Shown in pieces: positions 12,017 through 37,400 of a stretch of DNA of 64,000 nt (position 1 is its first letter; each line of letters starts with the position of its first letter). The DNA is from Vitrella brassicaformis CCMP3155 (Eukaryota; Protista; Chromerida): NCBI GenBank assembly GCA_001179505.1, contig CDMY01000415.1:18734-82733 (forward strand), written 5' to 3'. The notes under the pieces were generated by a model. The model saw nothing but the letters and a program-made list of their open reading frames with translations, had not been told where the DNA came from and did no database searches. The position numbers were made by a program, and so were the translations under genes.

Positions 12017-12985
12017 GTGGTCGTACATCACCATGAGATGTTACAGGCGGAGAGATCCTTGGCGGTGCGGAGAACTCTTTGTTCCTCGTCCGCGGTTTCT
12101 TCCTCGTCCAGCGGTTTCAGGTTCATCCTCGAATCTGAAGGATTGCCGAAGGTGGAACACCCACAAGAGAAGGGTCGAGCAGCAGGCGGCCAAGGAGCCT
12201 TGGCAGCCAAGGAGAAGGGCACCAAGCCAGGCCCATACGGCCCATACTGCGTGATTTTGGTCCTCTTTTGTGCGTCTGGATTGCCGCATGGCTGATCTGT
12301 GGCCACAGAGATGTGGGTGGGCGAGGGGAGCTATGGCCCCGACTGCGAGGAGGGGAAGGACTGCAGCGCTGACGTGAATGGTCCATGGGGCGGCGAGATC
12401 TATCACGAACGGAATGGTCTATGGATGGATCTTTCTGTGGCTTCTTCTGTGTGAGCAGGTGCGTCGTTTCTCGGCCGCACTCAGGAGATCCAGGCCACTA
12501 AGCACACGAATACGGCCGCGAACAAGCACGGTACACCCAGATCTTTCTGTGCTGCACACGTGGTGCCCTCTCTCTGAGAATAATGCCTTTGTGTGCAGGT
12601 GCTGTGTTGGGTGCTGGTGAATTGTCGGCATTGCAGCAGCAGCTTCAGACCGGCATCAAACTCATCAGCGCCCCCAACGACTTGACCGCCTCAGCCATGG
12701 CGACAATCGACGACATAGAAGACCACATCCACGGCGCCACAGGTACACACCCACCCACCCACACACACACACGACCGACCGACCGACCGATATGTCTTTC
12801 TGTCTTGCTTTGCCCGGATGAATGGACGGGCGGCTGCAGCCGACGGAGACGCATACGATCAGCCTGTCCGTGCGGCCGTACATGTGCAACAGGCGGCTGC
12901 CCGACGGGTATATGTGACACTGGACGGACGGGCAGTCTCACTGCAGACTTTTCATCGTGACTCATCTGCATCTCCATGTTGCTGA
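12017..12985 (+). CDS. Hypothetical protein, 5' end unresolved
   Basis: Four phase-1-compatible exons (12309-12416, 12459-12530, 12599-12742, 12840-12985) read MWVGEGSYGPDCEEGKDC...ELSALQQQLQTGIKLISAPNDL...; the introns carry typical microsatellites. Confidence 0.4.
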
Positions 12986-13247
12986 AGCACGCATGAAGCC
13001 CTGCGCAGCAGAACGCATCCAAACACCGTCCAGAAAGCCCATAGACGTCGTGTGTCGCTGCTCACTGACCTCTGCGCTGAGCGGGAGCCGAGAGGCTGTC
13101 GTAGCGTTCGAGCAGCATGGCGCCTGACACCGACTCATCAGTCCCCTCCTCCTGCTTGACCGCGCTGTGGCGTGCTGCACTCGACGCGGAGGCAGACTGA
13201 ATGCCGCCAATGGGCGGTTGTTGACCCACTGACGGATCCCCAGACAT
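12942..13247 (-). CDS. Two orphan 5' exons, possibly the displaced N-terminus of CPSF1
   Basis: [10 protein letters not shown]...[16 protein letters not shown]|[20 protein letters not shown] with a 69-nt GT-AG intron (13001-13069). The ATG lies 133 bp from the RPT3 ATG. YxxLxxP-x(n)-HA resembles CPSF1/Cft1 N-termini, but the match is weak. Confidence 0.35.
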
Positions 13248-13380
13248 CTCTGCTGAAGCTGGGAAGTCAACAAAACTGGCGATCGGCAATAAGCTCGCCC
13301 ACCTGCGTACGCGTGCCTGCCCCTGTGAGTCCACCCCCAGAACAAAACCTGCTGTGCTGCCCCAGGTTGAAAGCTTGAAG

Positions 13381-15508
13381 ATGGCGGCAGCAGCAGCGGC
13401 GGTGCCACCTCCGATGGACGTGGTGATGAGCCCGTCCCCGTCGGCTCCCGCGGCGCAGAAGGAGCGGGCGTCTGCGGAGGATCTGTTTTTGAAGCTCAAG
13501 CAGCTGCAGCGGCAGCTGGAGTTCCTGAACATCCAGGAGGAGTACATCAAGGACGAGCAGAAGAACCTCAAGCGAGAGCTCATCCGCGCCCAGGAGGAGA
13601 TCAAGCGCATCCAGTCGGTGCCCCTCATGATAGGCCAGTTCCTCGAGATGATTGACGCCAACTACGGCATCGTCTCCTCCACGGCGGGCAGCAACTACTA
13701 CGTCCGCATCCTCTCCACACTCAACCGGTCAGTCAGTGAGGGGAGTGAGTGGAGGGAGGGGCGAGGGGACAGACAGGCGGCGCTGGTCGGTGAGACGCCT
13801 GGCAGATGTGTGTGGTGGTGGTTGTGTGGTTGTGGCTGTGTGCAGCGAGTTGCTGAAGCCCTCGTCGTCAGTGGCGCTGCACCGCCACTCGCACAGCGTG
13901 GTGGACATTTTGCCGCCCGAGGCCGACTCGTCCATCCAGATGATGCAGATGACCGAAAGACCAGACGTCACCTACTCGGTATGGCACCATCCGCCATGCA
14001 CAAAGCACAAAGCAGACAGACAGAGGAATGGGTGATTGGTTGGCCCCTGTGTGTGAGTGGAGTGGTGTGTTGTGTTGTGTAGGACATCGGCGGCATGGAC
14101 ATCCAGAAGCAGGAGATCCGTGAGGCGGTGGAGCTGCCCCTGACCTGCCCGGAGCTCTACCAGCAGATCGGCATCGACCCGCCCACGTACGGGCTATACA
14201 ACACATACCATACATGAATGACATACGCTCAGGGCAGGCGAATCGTTGTCTCATGCTGACTGACCATTCTCTCCTCTCTCTCTGTACTGTGTGTCTGGTC
14301 TGCAGTGGCGTGCTTCTCTACGGCCCTCCGGGCACCGGAAAGACCATGCTCGCCAAGGTCTGTCTGATTGGCAGGCAGACAGGCAGACAGACAAGGAGAC
14401 AGACACTCGCAAATTAATGCACCTACTTACTGTGCGTTGTTGATTATTCTGTGTGCAGGCTGTAGCGCATCACACGACTGCGACGTTCATCAACGTGGTG
14501 GGTTCCGAGTTCGTGCAGAAGTACCTGGGAGAGGGCCCCCGAATGGTCCGGGACGTCTTCCGCCTGGCCCGCGAGAACAGCCCCGCCATTGTCTTCATCG
14601 ACGAAGTCGACGCCATCGCCACCAAGTCAGTCAGTCAGTCAGTCGATACCGATGGATGTCCGGGTCGCGTCACGGGCCGGCATGTCTGTGTCGTTCTCTG
14701 CGGTCTGTCTGCAGGCGTTTCGATGCCCAGACCGGAGCTGACAGAGAGGTCAGTAGAGTGGGGGGGCAAGGCAATCACTGGGAAGGTCTGTCGAGCACCC
14801 CAACCGCGTGTGTCTGTCCGTGTGTGTGTGTGTGTGTGTTCAGGTTCAGCGTATTTTGCTGGAGTTGTTGAATCAGATGGACGGCTTCGACCAGACCACC
14901 ACCGTCAAAGTCATCATGGCCACCAACCGACACGACACACTCGACCCCGCACTACTCAGACCTGGTGCAGTGCAGAGTCCAAGCATCCATCGCCCAAAGT
15001 CGATGGATTGATCGGTGCGTGGCGTGCAATGAATGGTTGTCCGTCTTCTCTGCGTGTGTGCACAGGTCGTCTGGATCGCAAGATCGAGTTCCCGCTGCCG
15101 GACCGTCGCCAAAGGCGCCTCATCTTCCAGACCATCACCGGCAAGATGAACCTGGCGGAAGAAGTCGATCTCGAAGAACGTACGTACACACGCAATCAAT
15201 GCACACAGACACAGCCGTACTCTCGTCCGTCTTTTGTTCATTCAGTTGTGTCTCGTCCGGAGAAGATTTCGGCTGCGGACATTGCTGCCATCTGCCAGGA
15301 GGCCGGCATGCAGGCCGTGAGAAAGAACAGGTGACTGACTGACTGACTGACGCACACAAGAGAAAGGAGCTGCGTATGTGGATCCTGGCTGGTTTGTTGG
15401 CTGTGTGTGTGTTTGGTTAGGTACATCATACTGCACAAGGATTTCGAGAACGGCTGGAAGGTGCACATCAAGAAGCAAGACCGAGACTTCGACTTCTACG
15501 TCATGTGA
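13381..15508 (+). CDS. RPT3: 26S proteasome AAA-ATPase subunit RPT3 (regulatory subunit 6B)
   Basis: Ten exons: [115 protein letters not shown], ending FDFYVM-TGA. Confidence 0.97.
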
Positions 15509-16017
15509 GGGACCGACAAGCATTGTTTGTCTTTTCACTGACGGCCGCGCGATACGTGGGGACGGACACAACGGTTCCGTATGTGTACGCAATCGATAAC
15601 ATTTGACGTACACAGACATATGGCCGGATGAATGCGGTCGACTCGGTCGCTGCATGTACATCCGCAGCTAGCGTGCTGGTCAAAAAACTGTGCCAAACTG
15701 CGTCAGGTCCGTCCGTATACGTGTACGAGTGTCGGGTGTGTGTTGGATGGACCTCTCTCCACGACCGGCCACTGATTGATGAGGCCACGAAAAGTAGGGC
15801 ACATCGTCTTCGCTTCCGACATGCACTTGGGTCATTCATGGCTCTCGCCGCACACATCTATCTCGGTCTTCTCGCTTAGTGATCGGTGCCACGCATCGCA
15901 TTGATCGATCAGAGACACACACCATCAACTGACTGACTAACGTCAGCACCGAAATACGCTGCACCGAAATACGCTGAGTGCACTCGGCGCCGTGTACGTG
16001 TAACTGTCTATGAAAAC

Positions 16018-16838
16018 CAACTACTGTACATACGCCACACTCACTCACGTTTATCGCAGGTACAAGAACATCACCAGAGAGAGATGGGATAGGCATGCAT
16101 ACTGTACAGGCAGATTTCGCTTGCTAGCTTTCATGAGAGGTTGGAAGGTCTCATGAAGGTCTGCGGCACTACAAATCATACCCACGGTGTCTACCCAAGA
16201 AGTCATCCCGTGTGTGTCACGCGTGAGCGCATGCCTCCCTGTATGCTGAGCTTCTACGCCGCAATCCTATGTGTGTCGTCAATGCACGGGTACGTCTCTT
16301 TCGCAATCGCCAAAAGCACATTGCTTGCCTATCCCTCACTCACTCACCCCACCGGCCGCACCAACCTACCGCAGCACTACACACCACTTCGCATGTGTAC
16401 ATTCATGCAGCTACGGCTGTCGTCCGAACAACTACTGTACATACGCCACACTCACTCACGTTTATCGCAGGTACAAGAACATCACCAGAGAGAGATGGGA
16501 CAGGCATGCATACTGTACAGGCAGATTTCGCTTGCTAGCTCTCATGAGAGGTTGGAAGGTCTCATGAAGGTCTGCGGCACTACAAATCATACCCACGGTG
16601 TCTACCCAAGAAGTCATCCCGTGTGTGTCACGCGTGAGCGCATGCCTCCCTGTATGCTGAGCTTCTACGCCGCAATCCTATGTGTGTCGTCAATGCACGG
16701 GTACGTCTCTTTCGCAATCGCCAAAAGCACATTGCTTGCCTATCCCTCACTCGCTCACCCCACCGGCCGCACCAACCTACCGCAGCACTACACACCACTT
16801 CGCATGTGTACATTCATGCAGCTACGGCTGTCGTCCGA
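16018..16838. repeat. Tandem direct duplication, 2 x 411 bp, about 3 substitutions
   Basis: aactactgtacatacgcc recurs at 16019 and 16430. Differences seen: gggatagg/gggacagg, ctttcatg/ctctcatg, cactcact/cactcgct. Confidence 0.95.
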
Positions 16839-19000
16839 CAGGCATGAGGTCAAATGGCGTGTTGTCTTGTACGACTGCGTAATTGAGATCACCGGCGACC
16901 TCATAAAAGACGGCCTGGTACGCGATCGGCAAATCCTCGGGAATGAACAGTCCCCAACGGCTGCCGTCGTATTTCTTGGACCGGTCAGTCTCCTTAAACA
17001 CTGAATGCATTCAGACAGACAGACAGACAGACAGGGATGGAGGGATACACCCATACACATACCTACATGCATGCATGCACATACAGACAGCGAATGCAGC
17101 TACCTGCTGGATTCTTAATGGCATGGTACAGGTCCGTGTAGAAGTCGACGAAGGGCGTCCCGTCCGTGCAGTTTGCCGTGCAGTGGAGTTCATGTGCCGT
17201 GACCAGCTGGATGGTCTTCCTGTCGATTGAGCTGTGCAGGTGCCTCCCTCTCCGATCGATGTAGTCGGCAATCGCTTGGATGACTCGCTCGTTTGGCAGC
17301 TGCAGCATCGACATCGAATAGTCGCACCATCCGGTGTTCCACAAGGCACTGCGAATATACCTGAAGAAAGGAAAGGAAGATCACCCTTGCATGTTTCATT
17401 CAGCGGACGAGTGAGTACTTCCACATGCGCTACCAGTCGAAGACCTTGTCTATCCGCAGCTGCCCGGCAGCCATGAAAAGCTCCACCTTCAGTTCGTCCA
17501 AATACATCTCCTTCTCGACGAACACGTGATACCAGGCAGCGATTGGCGGCTCCCCCGCCACCACGTGCAGCTACAGGCAGCAATGCATGCTCACATGGAC
17601 GGAGCACATGACAAAGAGAGAGCACAACAGCCGTCATCTGTCTGGACTGTAAGCCGATGCGTATGTACCGGTTTCGCATTTGACTTTTTCGATCCTTTTG
17701 ACGACTGCACAACACACACATGCCCGCATCCGTCCATCTGTCTTCTCCCTTCCACCTATCAGGCACGTGGCCAGCCATCCTCGTACCTGGGACGCCGTGA
17801 CATTATTCTCCTTTGTAGCGGGGGCTTCCTCGCCTGTCTGCGGCATCCGATGCAGCCTCAGACGATTGTAAATCAATGGTGCTTTATCATGTACGACTGC
17901 GAGGCCCATATCATCGGCGATTTCCATAAGGACGGCCTGGTACACGGCAGGCAATTCATTGGGAATGTACAGACCCCAACGGCTGCCGTCGTATCTCTCA
18001 GACAGCTCAGTCTCCTTGAAGACTGAAGGCATTCAGACAAATACATATACGCACAGACAGATAAACACACAGACAGAGAGAGAGACCAGACAGACAGACA
18101 GACAGACAGCGAATGCAGCTACCTGCTGGATTCTTAATGGCATCGCATAGGTCTGTGTAGAAGTCGACAAAGGGCCTCCCGTCCGTGCAGTGGAGTTCAT
18201 GTGCCGTGACCAGCCGGATGGCCTTCCTGTCGATTGAGCTGTGCAGGTGCCTCCCTCTCCGATCGATGTAGTCGGCAATCGCTTGGATGACTCGCTCGTT
18301 TGACAGCTGCAACATCACCCCATAGTCGCACCATCCGGTGTTCCACAAGGCACTGCGAATGTACCTGAAGAAAGGAGGAAAGGAAGATCAGCCTTGCATG
18401 TTTCGTTCAGCGGACCACGTCCGCTACCAGTCGAAAACCCTGCCAATCAGCAGCTCCCCCTCAGCTATGAAATTGTCCACCTTGAGCTCGTCCAAATAGC
18501 TCTCCTTCTCGAGGAACACGTGATATGAGGGGATGGTGGGCGGCTCCCCCTCCAGTACGTGCGACTACAGTCAGGAAGTGCATCCACCCACAGGGGAGCG
18601 CACAAAAGCCAAAGAGAGCACAACAACTGTCGTATCTAAAGACTGTCAGTTTGCATGTGCAAGTTTGTATCTACCGGTTGGTCATCGTGCGCATCTGACT
18701 TGCCGACCGCTGCTGAGGACTGCAGTGCACTCACGACACACACACACTCGGAGATGCAATGAATGCGCGCCTCGGCACACACACCTGGGACGCCGTGGCG
18801 TTATTCCCCTTTGTAGTGTCGGCCTCTCCGCATGTCTGCGGCATCTGATGCAGCACCAGAAGACTGTGCCTGGAACTCGTGATGATTTGGCGATTTCGTG
18901 AGAGGAGAGGGCGAGCGAGAGATAGGCCAGGTGGAGGTCGCGTGAAGCCGCGTGCGAGGCACACGACAGAGGCGATACAAACGAGGATGCACCCTCTCAT
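16822..19000 (-). CDS. Hypothetical protein with a bipartite (signal plus transit-like) leader and two tandem copies of a ~200-aa unknown domain
   Basis: Starts MRGCILVCIASVVCLARG-FTRPPPGLSLARPLLSRNRQ. Two three-exon modules ~1.0 kb apart share intron positions (YHVFxEKExYLDELKV...FDW|YIRSALWNTGWCDY...KNPA|VFKET...YDGSRWGLxIP). All phases are compatible. Confidence 0.75.
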
Positions 19001-19136
19001 CAAGAGATGGCTGGGCGATCCGCATGTTTGCCGTTTTGTCGCGAAAGCTCGCAAAGGACGGATGGACGGATCGACACAGCGGTCGTCCCGTATATGTGTG
19101 GTCGCACGTATTCATGAGCTTTAACACAGACATGCG

Positions 19137-19176
19137 AATGAATGAATGAATGAATGAATGAATGAATGAATGAATG
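19137..19176. repeat. (GAAT)10 microsatellite
   Basis: Direct reading of the sequence. Confidence 0.9.
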
Positions 19177-19495
19177 CGAGTCGCTCCCCATACATCGTGT
19201 GCGCGTTGGAAACAAAACCTAGGTGGAGCCTACGCGACCAACTGACTGCACAACGACACCACAGCGCTCTAAACAAACGTGCACCACAGCAGCTGAGCTA
19301 GGGCAGCAAACACACACACACACACACACACTCTCTCTCTCTCTGTGGAGCTTCCGACTACGTCCGTCTCCTACTCCCCTTGGCCTGGCTGGGCTGCATT
19401 GCAACCTCTCCCTTGATTGACTGATTGCTTAAACAAACTCCCCTCACCCTCACACACGCCACTCTTCGTTCCCTCGAGTACTCAACAACTATCAC

Positions 19496-26921
<7,426 letters not shown>

Positions 26922-27158
26922 CGCGGACGAGTGTTGCAATCGATGGATCAAGGCAGTGAAACACAAGAGGGAATCTGCAACACGTCGCAGCAGACACCAC
27001 CAAACACAGTGCAAGTGCTTTCTGCTGCATGAACTTCATCTGAGGGTGCCTTACCAGCAAATGTTTTCAACTAGAACGTCGACAGAGTCTTAGTTGCACC
27101 TCTTGCGGTCCACACATGCCTTAAACAGCCCTTTTTCCGTTCGGTCCTCCTCAAACAC

Positions 27159-27173
27159 GCGAGCTTAGCTCGC
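27159..27173. promoter_or_regulatory. Palindrome GCGAGCT-T-AGCTCGC in the divergent ABCC intergenic region
   Basis: Perfect 7-bp inverted arms with a 1-nt spacer. Related AGCTnAGCT sites occur at 815, 19291 and 51285. Function is inferred. Confidence 0.35.
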
Positions 27174-27620
27174 AGACCTTCGGCCAAAAACAGCTTTCGG
27201 TGGCAAAGAAGGCCTTGGTGAGGGCAGCTCAGCGTGGTGCTGCTCTTGCTGGCTGCACAGACGATATTTCCCATCAGTGCTGACCAACCGCAGTCAAGTC
27301 CTTCTCGTCCTGTCCGTCAAGACGAAGAGCTGCCCTGTGTTAGAGGCCAAGTATCCACCAGGGAGTGATTGTCAGCAAACAAACGGCCAAGGCGCCGAGG
27401 GTGTTGGGCGGCATTGGTCGATTGCTTCGGGAAGTCCTTCGTGATCTGCACACCCGGGGCACAGACAGGTACAACTAACACTATATATGCAAAGCGGTGT
27501 GCCACTCATGTGTCTGCGTGTTGTACCTGTGTGTGTTCAGCGCCGGGCACTGCCCGTGACTCGTTCAGCGCCCTCGTGACTCAGTGTACTATTCATTGAT
27601 TGGCGCCATTGATCGGCAAT

Positions 27621-34160
<6,540 letters not shown>

Positions 34161-34170
34161 AGGGGGGGGG

Positions 34171-34470
34171 NNNNNNNNNNNNNNNNNNNNNNNNNNNNNN
34201 NNNNNNNNNNNNNNNNNNNNNNNNNNNNNNNNNNNNNNNNNNNNNNNNNNNNNNNNNNNNNNNNNNNNNNNNNNNNNNNNNNNNNNNNNNNNNNNNNNNN
34301 NNNNNNNNNNNNNNNNNNNNNNNNNNNNNNNNNNNNNNNNNNNNNNNNNNNNNNNNNNNNNNNNNNNNNNNNNNNNNNNNNNNNNNNNNNNNNNNNNNNN
34401 NNNNNNNNNNNNNNNNNNNNNNNNNNNNNNNNNNNNNNNNNNNNNNNNNNNNNNNNNNNNNNNNNNNNNN
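34171..34470. other. Assembly gap (300 N) flanked by poly-G
   Basis: N run. Confidence 0.99.
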
Positions 34471-35269
34471 GGGGGGTGTTTTGTTTGCCAATGCTGTCGA
34501 ACGACACACGGGGTTGATGGCGGGGTGGGTGAATGGCGTGTGGTTGACTGACTAGTGGGGTGATACATAGACGGATGGGATGATGTGAGCATAGATAGAT
34601 ATGTATGTCTTTACCTTTTCTTTGCCTGACGATCGATGGGATGAGTCTGAGGGCTGCCGACGGCACTCCCTCCCTCCCTCCCTCCCTCCCTCACTTTTGT
34701 ATGACACTCATACACACATGCATCTGTCTGTCTGTCTGTCTATCTGTAACACTACGCGACAATGCGAGAGCCGCAGAGCGTTTTGTCCGTCCCCATATAT
34801 GAGAGTTGTTTTGAGTGAGTGGGTGGGTGGGTGGGTGGCGGGGTGGGTTAGCGAGTGAGTGAGGGGCAGGCAGACAGGCACTTCACAAAGTGATTGATTG
34901 ATTGATGGGTAGGGTTGTAGCCAGCCAGCCTCAACTGCGCTCCTCTTTGTTCGAGTCTGCATGAGTGTCACCACCGACTCACTCACCGCCTCCGAGAGGC
35001 GAGTCAGTTGAACTTGTGTCAACAAACAAAAAGACCAAACCAATATAAATGTAGACAGCGATGGCCTCTGTCCTTCTCGCTTCCCACCTATTCAACAAGA
35101 GAGACATCCATCCATCCATCCATTCACCCATGGCTGCTCGCACCCGTGGAGTTAGTTGACAGTCACTCATTGCAGCGTCTCGTGGCAGCAAACAAATCCA
35201 ACCAATATAAAATGTAGGGAACGATCGGTTGTGTAAGTGTCCGCTGAGCACAGGGGCCGCCGTCTCCTC

Positions 35270-35900
35270 AATGCGCTTCTCCTTTTTGGGCTTGACGTCA
35301 CAGTGAGCCACTGAAATGAGAGAAAGAGAGAGAGACACACAAATGTCACACACGCTTGCAGACATCAGCTGTGTATCTCATCAGCTAACCTCCGTCGTCA
35401 TCCATCGCCTGAAACCCCCTGAGCCCTTGCTGGGCGATGTCCTTGAGTTGCGCGGCGGGTGCGCCATCGGGATGGCGTGCTGCTTACGTGGCGAGGTCTT
35501 CGCCACCGTCCGGCAGCAGCAAATAACCCAATCGGCGCGTCTCTGGCGCCTCTCGTTGTTGGGTGGCGGGGCCATAGGAATATCGGCAACGGAAACGGGT
35601 GCTGGGGGCGGGGGAGGGGGAGGGGGAGGCGCGAACCAGTCGTGGGCCAGCAGCTCAGAGGCACTTGGGCGGCGGTTGGGGTCGGGCATCAACCCACTGC
35701 AGGCAGCCAGGCAGGCAGAGAGAGAGAGAGAGGGGGAACAGAGAGACGGCTGCAGATGTTTGGTTGACGTACCGGAAGTAGAAATCAATTTCCTCGTCAG
35801 TCACGTCGGGCAGGTTGCGGAAGGAGACAACGTGGTTGCCAATGCTGGTCTTGACCTGCTCCTCCGTCAACACACCCAAATTCGGCATCACCTGCCACGG
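35270..35900 (-). pseudogene. Protein kinase fragments: subdomains X-XI followed by V-VIb
   Basis: EIDFYFR|GLMPDPNRRPSASELLAHDWF (X-XI), a poly-Pro linker, then in a shifted frame YLLLPDGGEDLAT*AARHPDGAPAAQLKDIAQQGLRGFQAMDDDG|VAHCDVKP (V-VIb) with TAA at 35484-35486. Confidence 0.75.
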
Positions 35901-35929
35901 CACCACACACACAGAGCACGACCGAGCAG

Positions 35930-37400
35930 TGACATTGAAGCGACCGAGCGTCGTCGGCGTGTCTGTGGGGATCGCTTTCCACAGAAGATACGCAGCCATT
36001 TTGGTTTTGTTCTCGATTTCCTAAGTCGACTGTCCCCACAATACCGAACGCAGCGCATCCAGAAATGAAACGGATGCATGTGAAGCAAAGGCGTGCTGAC
36101 AGCCTTTCCCTTACAGATACCTCCGTCTTCATCTCCTCGCTCATTTCCTCAATCTTTTTTCTGAGCTCTTCATTGTGCTTGCGAATGGCCTTCTGTATGA
36201 ATGAGAGCCATGATACAGACATGCCTTTGCCCACGCTTTGACCTCTGACCTTTCACCTTTGACCCAATGCTCACCTCTGTCTTGTTGACGCGCTCGAGGT
36301 CCTGCATGGCTGCGTCTTACTCTTCATGGCAACTTCACGGCTTCTCAGATCCTGAAGAGAGGTACGACAGCCACAAGATGAGATGCAGTGAGTACTTGAT
36401 CTTTTTCACCCACTTGGTTCTGCTTCTGCAGTGCGTCGATGTTGGCTGCAGCCTCTTCCGTCGCTCGAGTGTCTGTTCTCACACGCTCTGAATGTGAAAG
36501 ACAGGAAGAAGAAGACAACAGTGGATCGAGAAAGAATGACTGCTTTCCGTCTTACCAGGCTCAAGCTGGCACTTGTTCAGCTACGCGGTGATGTCTGTGC
36601 CGTATGCCTTGTGTCCTTTCATGCGACTGACCACCAATCGTTGGAGTATTTGCTCCTGATTCTCCTCCTGCTTTTTGTCAAACTGATTGAAGGAAAACAG
36701 ATTATCACCACCGCAAGAGTGATTTCATCTCTTCGCAGAGCTACCTCAGGGACTCGTGCAGTCAACATGTCGGTCATGGTCCGGAGCTGATCTCTTTCCT
36801 CTGCGGCCTTCGCAGGTTGTCCTCTGAGATTCTCAATAGTCTCTTGTGCATCCTTCAACTGCACAGAGTCAAGACATGAAGCGCCAGGTCGATACACGTA
36901 AGTGAGGCTTTTGCAGTGTCTTGTCTGACTGGTTTACCTTTGTCTGCGATTCCGCGTCAAATACTTCACTGAACAACGATCCTTTCCGCTCTAGCGCGGG
37001 GGGGACGGCCACATCGGCCATCGAGGGGGAACTGCTGACGGAGGTCGACGGCTTGGTGGCATCAGAGTTGGCTCCAGGTTCTGCTCCTGCGTGCGCAGTT
37101 TTGCCACTTCAGCAGTGTTTTGCTCGCGTAGTCCTTTGTTTTCGGCGTGTGCAGCATTCATGTCAGTTTTCACACGCTCTGAATGTGAAAGACAGGAAGA
37201 AGGAGACAACAGTGAGTCGAGAAAGAATGACTGCTTTCCGTCTTACCAGCCTCACGCTGGCAGACTTCCAGCTCCTTGCTCTTGTTGGATGCCTCGACGC
37301 GCCGCGATAAGCTCCTTCATCGTTTCCCTGTGAGCCTTGTCAGCTGAATGCTTATCAGCACGCAGCTAGTTCAACGACGCGGAGGATGGGCTGCTGCCAT
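35930..37400 (-). pseudogene. Degenerate coiled-coil gene (gene Y), paralogue of gene X
   Basis: Exons with heptad-rich peptides (QKAIRKHNEELRKKIEEMSEEMKTE; EIENKTKMAAYLLWK), frameshifts near 37300, and an internally duplicated intron. Confidence 0.55.
36480..37262. repeat. Two ~90-bp direct repeats (36480-36570 and 37170-37262): a duplicated intron with exon edges
   Basis: cacacgctctgaatgtgaaagacaggaagaag...gagaaagaatgactgctttccgtcttaccag is present twice. Confidence 0.9.

Noticed and set aside
12028-12306. Kinase-like KDLSACNI motif on the - strand
   Set aside because: No other kinase motifs are nearby, and splice signals favour a + strand gene here.
16141-17004. 287-aa + strand ORF with an internal repeat
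   Set aside because: It is a by-product of the 411-bp (137-codon) duplication and is antisense to the real gene's last exon.
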